64,000 nt of DNA from Octopus vulgaris (lineage: Eukaryota): the NCBI GenBank assembly GCA_951406725.2, contig OX597825.1, positions 2,976,001-3,040,000 on the forward strand, written 5' to 3'. A program made the position numbers and the translations under genes. Shown in pieces: positions 44,058 through 58,464 of this stretch (positions are counted from its first letter, which is position 1; each line of letters opens with the position of its first letter). The notes under the pieces were generated by a model, which searched no databases, had not been told where the DNA came from, and saw only the letters and a list, made by a program, of their open reading frames with translations.

Positions 44058-45161
44058 CTATTAAAAAAAAACAAGTTATATATTAACTAGTTGTTTAATT
44101 ATTATCTAATTATATATTAATTTAAACTGTAGGACAAATGTAGATCATACGATAATAGAAACATGATAACGTGTTAATGACAACAAACGGATTCTAACGA
44201 ATAAGGTGGTAAAAAGTATGTAAGAAATTTGAAACAAGTCGATAATAAAAATGTTAATTATAAAGTGATGAAAGAGATAGCGCAGAGTTTGATGAGGTGA
44301 AAAGAACGATGAAAGATAATTATGTCAGATACTGTGCGGCTGACACCAAAAATATCTCTGACTAAAGAAAACTTCTCAAGCAATTTAAAATTTATAAATT
44401 TGATGTTGGAGTTCTATTTATAGGTCTGTAGCCGATATTTTTTTTTTAGCTAAATGCAATGGCTCCAAAGTGGCGACTGTTTTGATAGCCTTGTCGATGG
44501 CGATTCGTTTCCTTACGGCGTTAAGTGAAAAGGGAGGTTGGGGGGGTGAGGGAGAGTAGAACGTAGCCATGCCTCATCAGAATGGATACCTGATTTGAAT
44601 GCTTCTAATGGCACGTGCGTTGCCAGATCATAGTGTTAAATCCAGGCGATTGATTTACTCTACAAGCAGTGAAGGCGGCGGCGAAGTTTGTACTTAGGTG
44701 TGGGAATATACTCCACAGATACCATGTTTTATAGATCTGTTAATCCGTCTCTCATAAACGAGGAAAGGAAGAATTGGCATACATGCATTTGGAATCAGAC
44801 GACCCATAGACAGAACAGGTTCAAAACAACATAGTCTCTTTCTATTTCTCCCGTTCTCTCTCTCTCTCTCTCACTCACTTGCTCTTCCTCTCTCTATATA
44901 TTTGTGCGTTTAATATGTGTGTGTATGCATAAAGAAAAGTGAGAATGAAAGTAACATGGCATGAAGCTTCGAAAATTGAAGAATGAGTTGATATGAAAAT
45001 ATCAATATACAGCTTTTGATAAGGAACATAAGGTTCAGTTGCGACAAATTTATATTATAAACTTTCATGTTTACCTTTCAAACTTACGCATAAACATTCT
45101 CTATGATAGAAACACGGGGTCGATACTGAAATGTTCTACACACACACACACACACACGCAC

Positions 45162-45199
<38 letters not shown>

Positions 45200-45677
45200 A
45201 TAGTTATATATGTACACACAGACATAAACACTTGCAGCAAATAGTCTTAGAGACATGCCTGTATTTGTATCTAGGTAATTATACATACAAACATAAATGT
45301 ATTTGTACATGTTTTGTAAGATATGTGCCATTGCGTATGGAATTTATAACGTATATATTTTGAAACCTGTTTGCTATTGCGTTGAAAATTATGCAGCTTC
45401 ATTTCTCGTCCTACAACCTATATCACACATGAAGAATGACATGTTGCTCTTAGAACAGTTGATCTATCGGACATCACCAAAAAGAGGTTTTCCTGACGGA
45501 TACACAATGATATCTCACAATTATTTACATATCTTGCTCCATGTTCAATTTCTGTTATCTAAAATAGTGTTAGCTTTACTGCATTCTATGCCGCATATAT
45601 ACCTATATTTGAATTATTTTGTGCCCATTACATAAGAGAAGGCGCCATGTACTAGCACACTACAGACAAGTACATGC

Positions 45678-45731
<54 letters not shown>

Positions 45732-45737
<6 letters not shown>

Positions 45738-45855
45738 TGTACATTAGAACACATTAAGAGGCTTCCATATAGGAAAGCCTTGTGCTAGAAAGAGCAGTAG
45801 AAAACAAGGCTTTCCTATTTGGAAGACTCTTAATGTATTCTAATGTACACGATAT
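45732..45855. repeat. Hairpin with 52-bp arms (3 mismatches) and a 20-nt loop, part of a ~210-bp element (45732-45945) between (TA)n tracts
   Basis: 45732-45783 is the reverse complement of 45804-45855. Confidence 0.95.
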
Positions 45856-45939
45856 TTTTATGTGAATAATATATAGTCTATTGACTATTTTTTTGTGCTA
45901 GGTTACTGGTATTAATAATTTCTATAATTCGTATTACCC

Positions 45940-46276
<337 letters not shown>

Positions 46277-46413
46277 ATATTTATATTTAAAAAAAAACAT
46301 ACAAATTTACACACGTAAGCACGTAACTTCAAACGTGTCTTCTCTGATGAGAATTTGCTACCCAGGTATCGGTTAACTGAATTATCCATAACAAGATAAT
46401 TCATTCAACTACT

Positions 46414-46798
<385 letters not shown>

Positions 46799-47441
46799 GT
46801 GTGTGTATGTATGTATATAAAAAAAAATCAAACGGAAACTATGACATACCCGTATGTCACATTTTCTGTGTACGCAGCTGTATGGTTATGTGTGTATATG
46901 CTGCATTCGATATCTATGATGCTGCCTATGTATCTGCCTATTCCTCTACCAGTCGACCAATCAAACGCCTATAAGTTAGTATTAGTGTCCTTTTCAGTAA
47001 AATGCTGTAGTCATCTTTATCACGAAAAACTTGGCAAATATATAATGTTTATCGATAGCAATTTATGTCAACCGCTCAAGATATTTTATTTAACATACAA
47101 TAAAGATTAATAAACGCAGAAAAAAGTAGCAACAATTTTCAAAACACTATAGCATATAATATTCTCGACATTACAACATTGGATTTCAAAATAAAGTTAA
47201 AATTAACACGTTATTTGAAATATGTATTTTATATAGAAGCGCACATATTTTTGCGCAGTGATATGTTAAAAAAGTTTAAATATTTAAAAGTGCAATATTT
47301 TCTAGTTAAATTGAAATAATAAATCTTGTTCTATGAATGCGATAGCAACAATATTAATTTAAATGTACGTATATAAAACCTCATTACCAACTCTTACGTG
47401 CTCAAGTACTTGCAATTTCTAAAACAACAAATATGTGTGTA

Positions 47442-47487
<46 letters not shown>

Positions 47488-49117
47488 CAAACAAGAACTC
47501 ATAGACAAGGAATTCGTGTGAACAACCACGTGACAAGTAATTTTGTTTGCACTCTGAAATATGTAAAAGCACACTCACATGCACAGGCACACATACGCAC
47601 ACATACATATATATGTATCAATCTAAGCATTCCTATAAACACATCTTAGTAGAACCACATACGCGCAGCCACAGATTTGATTCCCTTGACAATACGTAAA
47701 TAAGAATTTAGCCAAGGTATAAGCATATACAAAATGGACAGCTTGTCTTTGTAAAAAGTTTATCCGATAAGATATTCACGTTTACGAGTTCAGGTTACAT
47801 GGGATAATTAGCATCACCAATGAAAATATATACCTAGTAGTTAACAAGTAAGAAGAAATTTTTCCAGGGGAAAGGCTAAGCGATACAGCTTAGAACCAGT
47901 CACGTGGCAAATATTTTCTACAGCTGAATGAACTGCAGCAACGTCAAATATCCGTTTCAGTATCCTGGTTTATATCCCTGTCATGCATTTCCCAGCTTCG
48001 CCATGCACATCCGCCTGGCAAGTACCACTGCCAATTTTACATCTACTTTCATTTTTGCTACAACACATAAAGTGAAAGGGTAAGTCAAGTTGATGCATAT
48101 GCTCGTCATCATTTTTGCGGAATAACTCGTGATTATCTCATCACCATTTTCATTGCTAATATATATCAAGGTTACTCATTTGAAATATACGCTGTGCTAT
48201 TTCTTACAACGTGAGGCAAAACCCTTTTACGAGTCACAATACTGGAGTCATAATCAACCTTCCTATGATAATCTCATAAGAGTTTAGATTTAGATAAATA
48301 TGTAGTAATGTCTCCTGCTTTATTTTGGAGAATACGCTTAAACCTTCTATTACTAATTGCAAATACTCTATTGGCTGCGTTAAATATAGTGTAGTATGAA
48401 AATGCACGAGTCTGGGTGAATGCGTTTTATTTCTGTACCGAACACAGAATACAACCTTTATTTGTATCGCAGTAAATAACATATCCAAAGCTAAGTGTTA
48501 ACAAAATGAGGCTGTCTCCGTTTGCTTTGTATTGTTTACTTTCCTCATTTACTTACCAGAATTATGATGACAATTTCGAGGAACCTGCGTTTCCATGGAC
48601 TGTCGAGAGTATCGATTATTTATTAATCATGGTCCCTACATGATGTAAAGAGTACGTAGACGTCATTATTTTCTTTACATTAGTCCTACATCTATCACGA
48701 TTGCAAGTAAGAATTTTTCGTGATGTTATTCTCTTGTTTCAAACATTTCTGATTTCATCGTTATCAGGAGAGGGGTGTTTGCAAAGTTAAAAACATGTGT
48801 TTTAAAATTATTTCTAATCTTTGTAATCTTTATTATCGGAATTAAATTCAAAGATTACACTAATGTAAACTTTATTATCGAAAGTACATTTAGCAACATC
48901 AAAATTCCAGTAAACATTCCAAGATTAGATAATATTGAGTATATTACTAATGGTATTAAGTGTATTCTAAAACGAATCTTTGTACGGAGTGAGAATTTAT
49001 ACATGCATGAATGGGCATGCGTGTGGCTGAAAGTGTACGCTTATTTAAGAATGTGTTTTTGTGAATAATATTTATTGAAGTATATGTACACACACACACA
49101 CACTCATATATGTATGC

Positions 49118-49160
<43 letters not shown>

Positions 49161-49230
49161 GTATATGTATGCATGTGTGTATGTATATATATATAGATAT
49201 AGATAGATAGATAGATTGATAGATAGATAA

Positions 49231-49265
<35 letters not shown>

Positions 49266-49315
49266 CCTGTGTATGTGCATGTGTATGCGTGTGTATGTGT
49301 GTGTGTTTGTGTGTT

Positions 49316-49380
<65 letters not shown>

Positions 49381-51228
49381 TATATCTTATATAAATAGCT
49401 GTTCTGATTAATTTTAATATCCCCAAAGTTTTTGCCAATTGTTTTTGTTTGTACTAGATACGTATTTATTTTTCATGAACTTGATAATCACGTGCCTATA
49501 ATCTCATAATATTTTGCGTAGCGTCTATTAATTGGTCAGTGTCTGGTGAGAGGTCATCGATTATCAAAGGAATTTTAAATCGTAGCCTCGAAATTTATTA
49601 CGATGCGTACACATCTTATCTTGAACTTCAACGAGTCGTTGTTAATATCAAACCATTTGATTGGCTGAATAATCTTTCTAACCTCTCCTAAGATTAGGAA
49701 GTGTTGCTGACGTATTTCATAAACGATTCTCTGTTGTAATTTGCTGTGCAATCGATTTTTGTTATATTAGCAGCCGTGTTCTAAGCCTAATCTTAGAAGG
49801 AATATAGTAACAATGAATAAAATTCTCAGCCTGCTTCTGAAACATATGTAGCGCGATTAGATGTCCTATCATCTATGGTTTTTTTCCTGGTTTCGTATTT
49901 ATATACCGCTTAGCAGACGTTATCTCTAACTTTGAAGTTGCCAAGTACTTTTGTGTTACATTTGATGTGGAAATATAAAATGAGAACTGTAATAGTTCAT
50001 TAAATACTAATTAAATTATAAAATTTCCCCCCGTATAATACGTTAGCCAATCTAATGCTCAGCTACCAACCACTACCAATAATCCTTTACCTTGTTGAAA
50101 TATATGTATAATATATATATATATATATAATGTTTTGGAAATTGATTGCCTGTTGCTTTGTTCAATAAATATATAGAAAAAAGGCAAATTTAAAGGCATG
50201 CATGTATACATAGTCACACATAAATAACAGGGTGTGGGAATGTAATTTATACATTATGAATACAAATTTATAAATAAAAAAACACGTGTCTTCATATGTT
50301 TAGTGTTATCAAGAAACGCATACACGCACACACGCACACGCACACACACACACTCATCTACACAGGTATCAAAAACAGAAAAATTTATTTACCAATGAAT
50401 ATTAATTAACTCATTCAGCACTCCCTTGATTGTTGTTCGTAATGTAGTAGAGTTAGATTGACGTCAAAATGAAAAAAATAATCATTTTCTATAAAAGTCA
50501 TAGAAATTCTCTTTCGGTTAACTGTATTTCTGGATTTTGCTGTATTCTGGATGATCAGCAGTAAAAGGACAAGGACCGTTGGCTCAAATCTTCTGCTGTT
50601 AACTAATTTGTACAAACTTTGCCAGTTTTCCAGCAGTTGTGCTATTGTTATTCTCTGTTGTCTATAATCTATATTGGATAATGTATCGCGTGCTTTTAAG
50701 AAGTAACAGTATTCCCTTCAAAGATTTCTGACTGCGTTGGGTTTTTTGCATTCTCTTCATACAGGCTGTCATATCTTATTTACGTTTCCGCCAATAATAG
50801 CTATCTTCTATAATAGCTACAGTAACTGAATTTAAATTATAATGAAATTTATTTCAGTAAAGTTTATGAAATGTAGGAAAGCAATTGTAACTTACGATTG
50901 TAATCGAAACTTATTTTTAGTGAATCAAACATGTTAAAACTAATTAGATATAATTAAGCGGTGTTGAATAAAGCGAGAATAGGCGAGATTGTTTTAATTA
51001 ATTATATCAAATACTGAAGATAACTAAAGATAAGTTTCGGTAACAGTCACACATTTTCGGAGAACCATAACTGCCAGCGTACTTCAAAAATCGGCGATGA
51101 AATTGTCACTTATGTAAATTTGCTGCAATAGGAACGTAGTATCTTTTCGTGATTTAAAAGATCAGATATTAAGAAATAGTTTTTATTAACTCAAAGCTAA
51201 TTAAATTGAAATAAAAAAAATTATCAGA

Positions 51229-51437
51229 TTCTTTTATTCTTTTAGGTGTTTCAGTCATTTGATAGCGACCATGCTGGAACACAGCCTTTATTCTAGCAAA
51301 TCGACTCCAGGACTTATTCTTTGTAAGCCTAGTACTTATTAAATCAGTCTCTTATGCCGAACCGTTAAGTTACGGAGACGTAAACACACCAGCATCGGAT
51401 GTCAAGCGATGTTGGGAAATAAAGACACACACACGCA

Positions 51438-51502
<65 letters not shown>

Positions 51503-51668
51503 ATACAAACAACGGGGTTCTTTCAGTTTCCGTGTACCAAATCCACTCACAATGGTTTGGTCGGCCCGAGGCTAGAGTAGAAGACACTTGCACAAGGTGC
51601 CACGCAGTGAGACTGAACCCGTAACCATGTGGCTGGTAAGCAAGCTATTTACCACACAGCCACTCGTG
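51229..51668 (-). mobile_element. Near full-length tRNA-derived SINE with internal (CA)n
   Basis: The - strand head has a box A-like TGGCTGTGTGG and a box B-like GGTTCAGTC; A-rich tail. Homologous fragments lie elsewhere in the window. Confidence 0.85.
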
Positions 51669-51816
51669 GATTTTTTTTTTTAATTCCGTATGTTGAATTG
51701 CTTGCATGTGAAAGAGTTATTATAAGATTCACCTTGTTCTACCACCAGAAATAATGCAACACTTGAACAGATATAATTTTTTTTTTTTATTATGCCATTT
51801 AGAAAACCGAATAAAA

Positions 51817-52164
51817 TGTAGTTAGGCTGTTCAGAACTATTGTAATAATCGAATTCATTGCGATCAGAGATTTCTTTTAAGTACAATGCGTTCCTATACA
51901 AAAATATATGTTTAATTTTGGCAAAGATAAACGAGTATTCATTCAATGTGTCGAGGAATTGGTGTAGTTAGGCTGTTCAGAACTATTGTAATAATAGAAT
52001 TCAGTGATCAGAGATTGGTGTAGTTAGGGCTTTCAGAACTATTGTAATAATCGAATTCAGTGATCAGAAATATATTTTAAGTACAATGCGTTCTTATACA
52101 AAAATATGTGTTTAATTTTGGCAACGATAAGCGAGTATTCATTCTCTGTGTTGAGGAATTGGTG
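51817..52164 (+). repeat. Tandem duplication, 146 + 56 + 146 bp
   Basis: Units start tgtagttagg at 51817, 51963 and 52019; the middle unit is internally truncated. Confidence 0.95.
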
Positions 52165-52519
52165 CGATTGTGCCTCTTTTCAAGACTTCATTGCCTATGT
52201 AAAATAACAATGGAATCATTCGCAATAAGTAATTATACTACAATGGTTAATTATGAGAGGGTTTCATAAAATCAATTCACAAGATGCTGTGGTTAATTTA
52301 CATGTTGACAGATTACGTTTACCATCGGAATACCGTTTTCCTTTACCATCAAGAAAACGGTACTGATTCAACTGTTGCTGTTTCCCATATTCTAAAAGCG
52401 AGGTGAGACAATCGTAAGCATGCCGGATAATACATTTCCCATCATTTCTCCCAGGCCTTCTCATCTCAGTTCACACACCACCGAGACGATATTACTTTCC
52501 AAACTTTCACGATCGATAA

Positions 52520-52672
52520 ACGAATTACCAGCTGAGCAAAGGGCTCGTCCCTAAAGCAGGAATGATATCAAAGTTCAAGTCTATGTTAGAAGAGGATTTT
52601 GCATGTGTTGCAGAGTTGTATCGAACCAGAACATATGTACTAGCGAAGTGAAAATATTAACCACTCAGCCAT
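52520..52672 (-). mobile_element. Eroded tRNA-SINE head (another eroded SINE at ~47650-47960)
   Basis: The - strand atggctgagtggttaa...ggttcgatac is box A / box B-like. Confidence 0.5.
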
Positions 52673-54446
52673 ATGTATATCAAAGATGCAGCAATGGTTT
52701 ATAAACGAATGTGTGGCTATGGAACAATCTATAATATGCTAGTCTCTAGAGCAGTATATGTCCTTTGATGTTATGGTATAGCCATATTGTTACGTATGAC
52801 TATGCATCAAGTTATAGCGATATTTCTCTACGTTCTCAGTAATAATAAGCGCATGACATTTCAACTACATTAAATCCATTAACCCCAAACAAGATCCCTG
52901 TTGTCATTATCGTGATCACTCTCACCATTTACTTTGTCTTACACACGGCCATTAAATAACAAACACATTCATTTTGCTTATCATTCATCTGTATCCATTA
53001 CAACCTTCTCATCTCTATTATCAGCTTAACGAGTAACCTCGTTCTGTTTATTCCCATTCTCAGAAAATATATCAAACACACTCCTTTAATGTCTTTAAAT
53101 ACACCATATCTGGTTGAGTTTATATCAAACTTTATAAAACTTCAAAGACATTTCGAACATGTTGATCATCAATTCTGCATCCAGGTTTCGTAATATAATT
53201 GTATTATAGTTCAAATCTGTTCTTACATCTAATTTATAAAATCCAAATTTCTTTATTGACAATGCTTTAATCTATTTTACTAAGTATTATCGTGACAATG
53301 AAGATGGTTGTCTATACTCAAATGCACAGTTCTCTTCTATTTATAAACATGAACCACTACAAGTCCATTTAGCATCACGATACTGCTACAGTAGTTTAGT
53401 CTTCCTCTGCACAAGTCCTACTGCGTTACTATAGCTCAATCTAGCATCATATTACTAATACTCCAGATCAATGTGCTTATAGAAAATTGTTTCAACATTT
53501 AAATCATTAATATTTAGTCCAAGAAATGCAGTTTGTAGCATATAACGTTCTCGACTAAATATATTTCAGTATTTAAGCGTAACGTTATTACATTTTCTTT
53601 TCTGTATCACGAAAGCAAATGTGCTAACGAGTATTTCAAAGACTAGGCTTTCAATTTATTTGATCATGTGGCCTCGTGTACATGCTAAAAGTTGCTATCT
53701 ATATTAACATTCAGCTACGCCTACGCACGTTACGCAGACATATGAAACGAAATAGCTAATGCAATCTACGGTACACAATATATTTATCCATATTACACAT
53801 GCTTGATAAACTATTATGAAAAACTGCTATAAAGGAATTCAAAATATGAAATAAGAACATGATGTCTGTTGCAAGATCATAACTATTGCCTTTCATTTGG
53901 TTGAGGTAGACTGAAATTGCAGATTTTTCAGCAAATATGGATATTCGGCTATCGCGTATATTTTATGCTGGTAATATCAAATATGTAGTTTTCCATGCTG
54001 CCACATATTTATGAGACGAAGTTTGACATTGAAGAGAAATTCAATTTCAACTCTTTGCAACAAGTGTAAGCGTGTGGTGATTTCGTTACTCGGTTGTAAA
54101 TGATATACAACAGAGGTAACGTTTATTATATTATTATCTGTCAGGTGGCACACCTCACATTGGTTTGTCTTTGACAAAATCACATTACTAAGATTGTCAC
54201 ATGTCACGTAACGGACTACATTTTAACATTATAAAGAAATTTGCTGCAATGTTATATATCACTTACTTAGAAACATTGTTAGCATTTGTTAGCGATACAC
54301 ACACGCACACATCCATATGTAGGTGTGTATTCAAAAGTTATATACATACAAAGACGCCCGCACTCATATATATATATATACATATATACGTACATATACA
54401 TATATATGTATGTATACACACATATAAATATATATATATATATATA

Positions 54447-54970
54447 TATTCACCCCATAAATGATGCGGTTTTTTCAATTGAATGAAATGAAAGTCGGAC
54501 GGGGGGAGTTAACTCACTTGCATCCACTTGCTATAAAAGCAGGTAGTAATTTTACCATGTCCTTATACTTAGTGCAAGTTTTTAAGAGTGCAGTTCGATT
54601 TTAATAGTTATTTTTTCAAAGCTATATTGGAAGTGACAAAGGAGCAAAGGAAGTGACAAAATCAGATTATATTTGTTTATGAGTTCAATAAAGGCAACAA
54701 CACAACGGAAATTGTGAGGAATATTAATGTTGTATATGGGTATCGGGCGATATGCAGAAGCCAGTGCCAACGGTGGTTCCAGAAATTCCAAGCCGGAGAC
54801 AGCGTAGAAGACAAGCCTCTTCCTAGAAGATCTGTAGAGCTCGACGAGGATGTTCTGCAAACGCTGGGGGATCAAAATCCGATCGTAACTGTCGAAGAAT
54901 TAGCAGAGGAGCTTGGATTCAGTCATTGAACCATTAATCGATTTATGCGTGTCAACAAGTTGGGTCAGTG
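54447..54970 (+). mobile_element. Mariner DNA transposon, 5' half (left end and N-terminal HTH domains), non-functional
   Basis: YEFNKGNNTTEIVRNINVVYG...CQRWFQKFQAGDSVEDKPLPRRSVELDEDVLQTLGDQNPIVTVEELAEELGFSH is a Mos1/SETMAR-type HTH. It starts at TA, and the DD34D domain is absent. Confidence 0.85.
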
Positions 54971-54977
54971 AGTTGTG

Positions 54978-55083
54978 AGTCCGCTCACAAATCACGACAA
55001 AGCAAAATATTCAAAATACGTTTATAATTTAATTACGAAATAGTCCCTATATATTTATATGCACACATACACACACAGACACA

Positions 55084-55156
<73 letters not shown>

Positions 55157-55208
55157 TTATAAACGAATTTTGAATATTTTTCATTGCCGTGATTTGTGAG
55201 CGCCGACT
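54978..55208. repeat. Inverted repeat (~55-bp arms) flanking a (CA)n tract; third direct copy at 55974-56043
   Basis: agtccgctcacaaatcacgac...aatattcaaaatacgtttataa versus ttataaacgaattttgaatatt...cgtgatttgtgagcg; the same sequence recurs at 55974. Confidence 0.9.
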
Positions 55209-55608
55209 GATTGAAATGTATTTAACTGACTAATATTGAACTAACACAAGGAACGATTCCTAAAGAATGCTTTTGTTATGGGCTCAACTCCCCTCGTATC
55301 TTCATCTAAGTCCCCTACTCTTCTCTCTTTTGCTCTGACTTATACTTCCTCTCTTCACTCCTACACACCTTCTCTCTTCATTGATACCCCCTTCACTCAC
55401 ACAGTACTCCCGCATACCCCATTCTACCCAACACCCCACCTCCACATCACAGACCTCCACACTAAACACATATATATATATATACACGTATTTGCGCACT
55501 TACATATGTGTATAAGTAAGAAAAGCAAGTTCACACATCCACATATTCATACACAGAGACATAGAGGTGCATGTACATGTGTGTGAATGCGTGCTTGTTT
55601 GTATGTAA

Positions 55609-55667
<59 letters not shown>

Positions 55668-56432
55668 TGTATATATGTATGTGAATATATGTGATATTTC
55701 CAATCTCTTTCTAACCTGAAATTCCCGAATGGAAAGATGTGTACGGAGGAAAGTGTTAGCAATATAAAACTCTGAATTCGAAACAGTGGGATATAATAAA
55801 ATATATTAAACATTTAACTGAGAAACATAATTTTAATATCAATGTGTCATTTGATGATATATTTGTTAGTCAACCCTTTCTACTGCATTCCGATACAGAC
55901 AAAAGAAGAAAAAAATCTCCAGGAATTGTTCCTTGAGGTAGTTCAATATTAGGCAATTAATTACCTATCAATTAGTCTCCGCTCACAAATCACGACAAGG
56001 CAAAATATTCAAAATACTCCTATAATCTAATTATCAAATAGCTATTATTCGTGATTAGAATGTTGTGCTGATCCTTAATTGAACTAATTTATTTACTGTG
56101 ATTACTGAACTAGTAAATTCGAATTTGGTAGTTATGAACGAACATCGAATTTACACAAGTACATAGAGTCTGCGAATACTGTCCACATATTAGCAACAAC
56201 CAATAATATCCTAAAGTTCTCGCTTGTTTCCATATGCCGGAGAATGGCACTTGCAGCAGTATTAATACTAGACACCCTACAGGCAATGCATGATAAGGAG
56301 AATGTAGTGAAGTTAGTGGATGGTTATGCAGGACTCAAAATATATTCGAATAAATACATACAGAGTCGCCACAACCCCCAATATGTGTGTCTGTCCACAC
56401 ACACAAAACACGCACGAATATATATATTTATG

Positions 56433-56496
<64 letters not shown>

Positions 56497-56501
56497 CGTA
56501 C

Positions 56502-56624
<123 letters not shown>

Positions 56625-58415
56625 CATACGTACGTACATATACACACATATATATATATGTGTGTGTGTGTGTGCTGGTTGTTATATGACTGTTCTTTGT
56701 TCGTACATACACAAACATATACACACTTAAACACACATACAAACATACGCGCACACAGGCACACACACACATACATATATCCATGTCATATGCGAATGAA
56801 CGTTCTTTCTTTTCTATGAGAATTCGATTGTAAGACAAATGAGAGATCACGTGTCTTTTTCACCACAGTCCTTTGTCTTTCTTTTTACGCCACACAGGAA
56901 ATTTCACAATTCTAGTATTCTAACAAACAACAAATTAATACCATCTTATATATCTTGTTTCCTTTTTTCTATAGAATGGCACTTCTTACCATGTAATCCT
57001 GCCCCCACTTTCTCTTCTATTCAATCATTTCTCATTTGCTTTTCTATTCTGTCATTTGGGCCCCTCTCCGTCATGTTATATTATGATTGCTTTGCCACTG
57101 TTATCAAAACCCAATATTTCTCTTCCGATTTATATGTTTTTTTAGCTTTAAACCATAGCCATAAATCATTATTTTCGCCCCCACTACTCCCACCCTATTT
57201 CTCTAATCTAACAATTTCACTTTTTATTGTCATATAATCATTCAACACTTAATCGTGATTTGAATTTGATTTCAATAATTCAGAAATGTTCATTAACTTC
57301 TGTAGCAAAGCCCCCCCACCACCACCACCACCAATGCCAAACGGCCAAGGTTCTTATTCTCCTCCTTGAAAATGCCTACCAAACGATGAAAAACATCTCT
57401 AGTTTTGAAAAGAACTCAACAGTTTTCTTCGATATTACATAAAAAAAAACATTGTACAAATAGTCGATAAAATACAGGAAAAGAACAACGCTTGTGCCAT
57501 TCCCCATTGAGAAAGAAAACTACAACAGAAAATATAAAAGAAGAAACTAAACGGGCAACAGATATGAAGAGTTCGGCTTGCTATGCTTGAGAATAAAATC
57601 TCCCAAACAAATGGAATAACTTCATTAATAGAATTAGAATAAAGCGGGTAACATGTACCGAACGCAGCCAAAGTGAAAGTCAATGTGAATGCAGTGGATA
57701 TGCAGTGGAGCGGTTTCTTCCTGATTAATGGAAATGTTAAGTCTGGCGTATACTAACGCAGGAGTATGACTATTTTAGCTGAATCAGTTTTAGTCACTAA
57801 GGAAATCAAGAAATTTGTTTTCCAATAACAATTTCGACTGCTTTTTCATTAAGAGAAAAAAATCACTTTTAATATATATGATATGATATAGCATCATATA
57901 GAATAATATAATATAATTTAATATAATGTAACATAATGCAAGTTCTGCCGATGGTAAGAGAATGAAGCAGCGTGATTGAAGCTATGTAACAGGAATTATA
58001 TATATGTTCTGCTTAGGCTCCAATAAATGCGAATAGCGTCTCAATGTTAAGCAATTCCTTACAAGCAACAACCATGAGAGCATATTGCTGTCAATATTAT
58101 TTACATCACTGTAAAATGATGGAAGATGAGGAGGAAGGTAAAATGATGGAAACTGAAGGAGAGAGATAAACATGTGTATGAGATGGACGGAATTAAAGAG
58201 GGAAATTATATTAATACAAATATCATTGTATGTTTGTGCTGTTGTTGTTGTTTGTATTTGTCTATGCGTCTGTACATGTTGCACGTATATATACACTCAT
58301 ACACTCATACACACATTTACAGGGAAGAGATGAATAAATTTTGAATGCGGACAGTGATGGCACTTGAACAGCTAGAAAAGAAGAAAAGAGCGAGAAAATG
58401 ATAAGGGAAAGAGAC

Positions 58416-58464
<49 letters not shown>

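Noticed and set aside
51817-52164. CRISPR-like repeat/spacer pattern
   Set aside because: The 'spacers' are themselves duplicated, there are only three units, the context is eukaryotic, and no cas genes are present.
56839-57700. Purine/pyrimidine-skewed block, possibly an old LINE remnant
   Set aside because: No convincing RT or endonuclease motifs.
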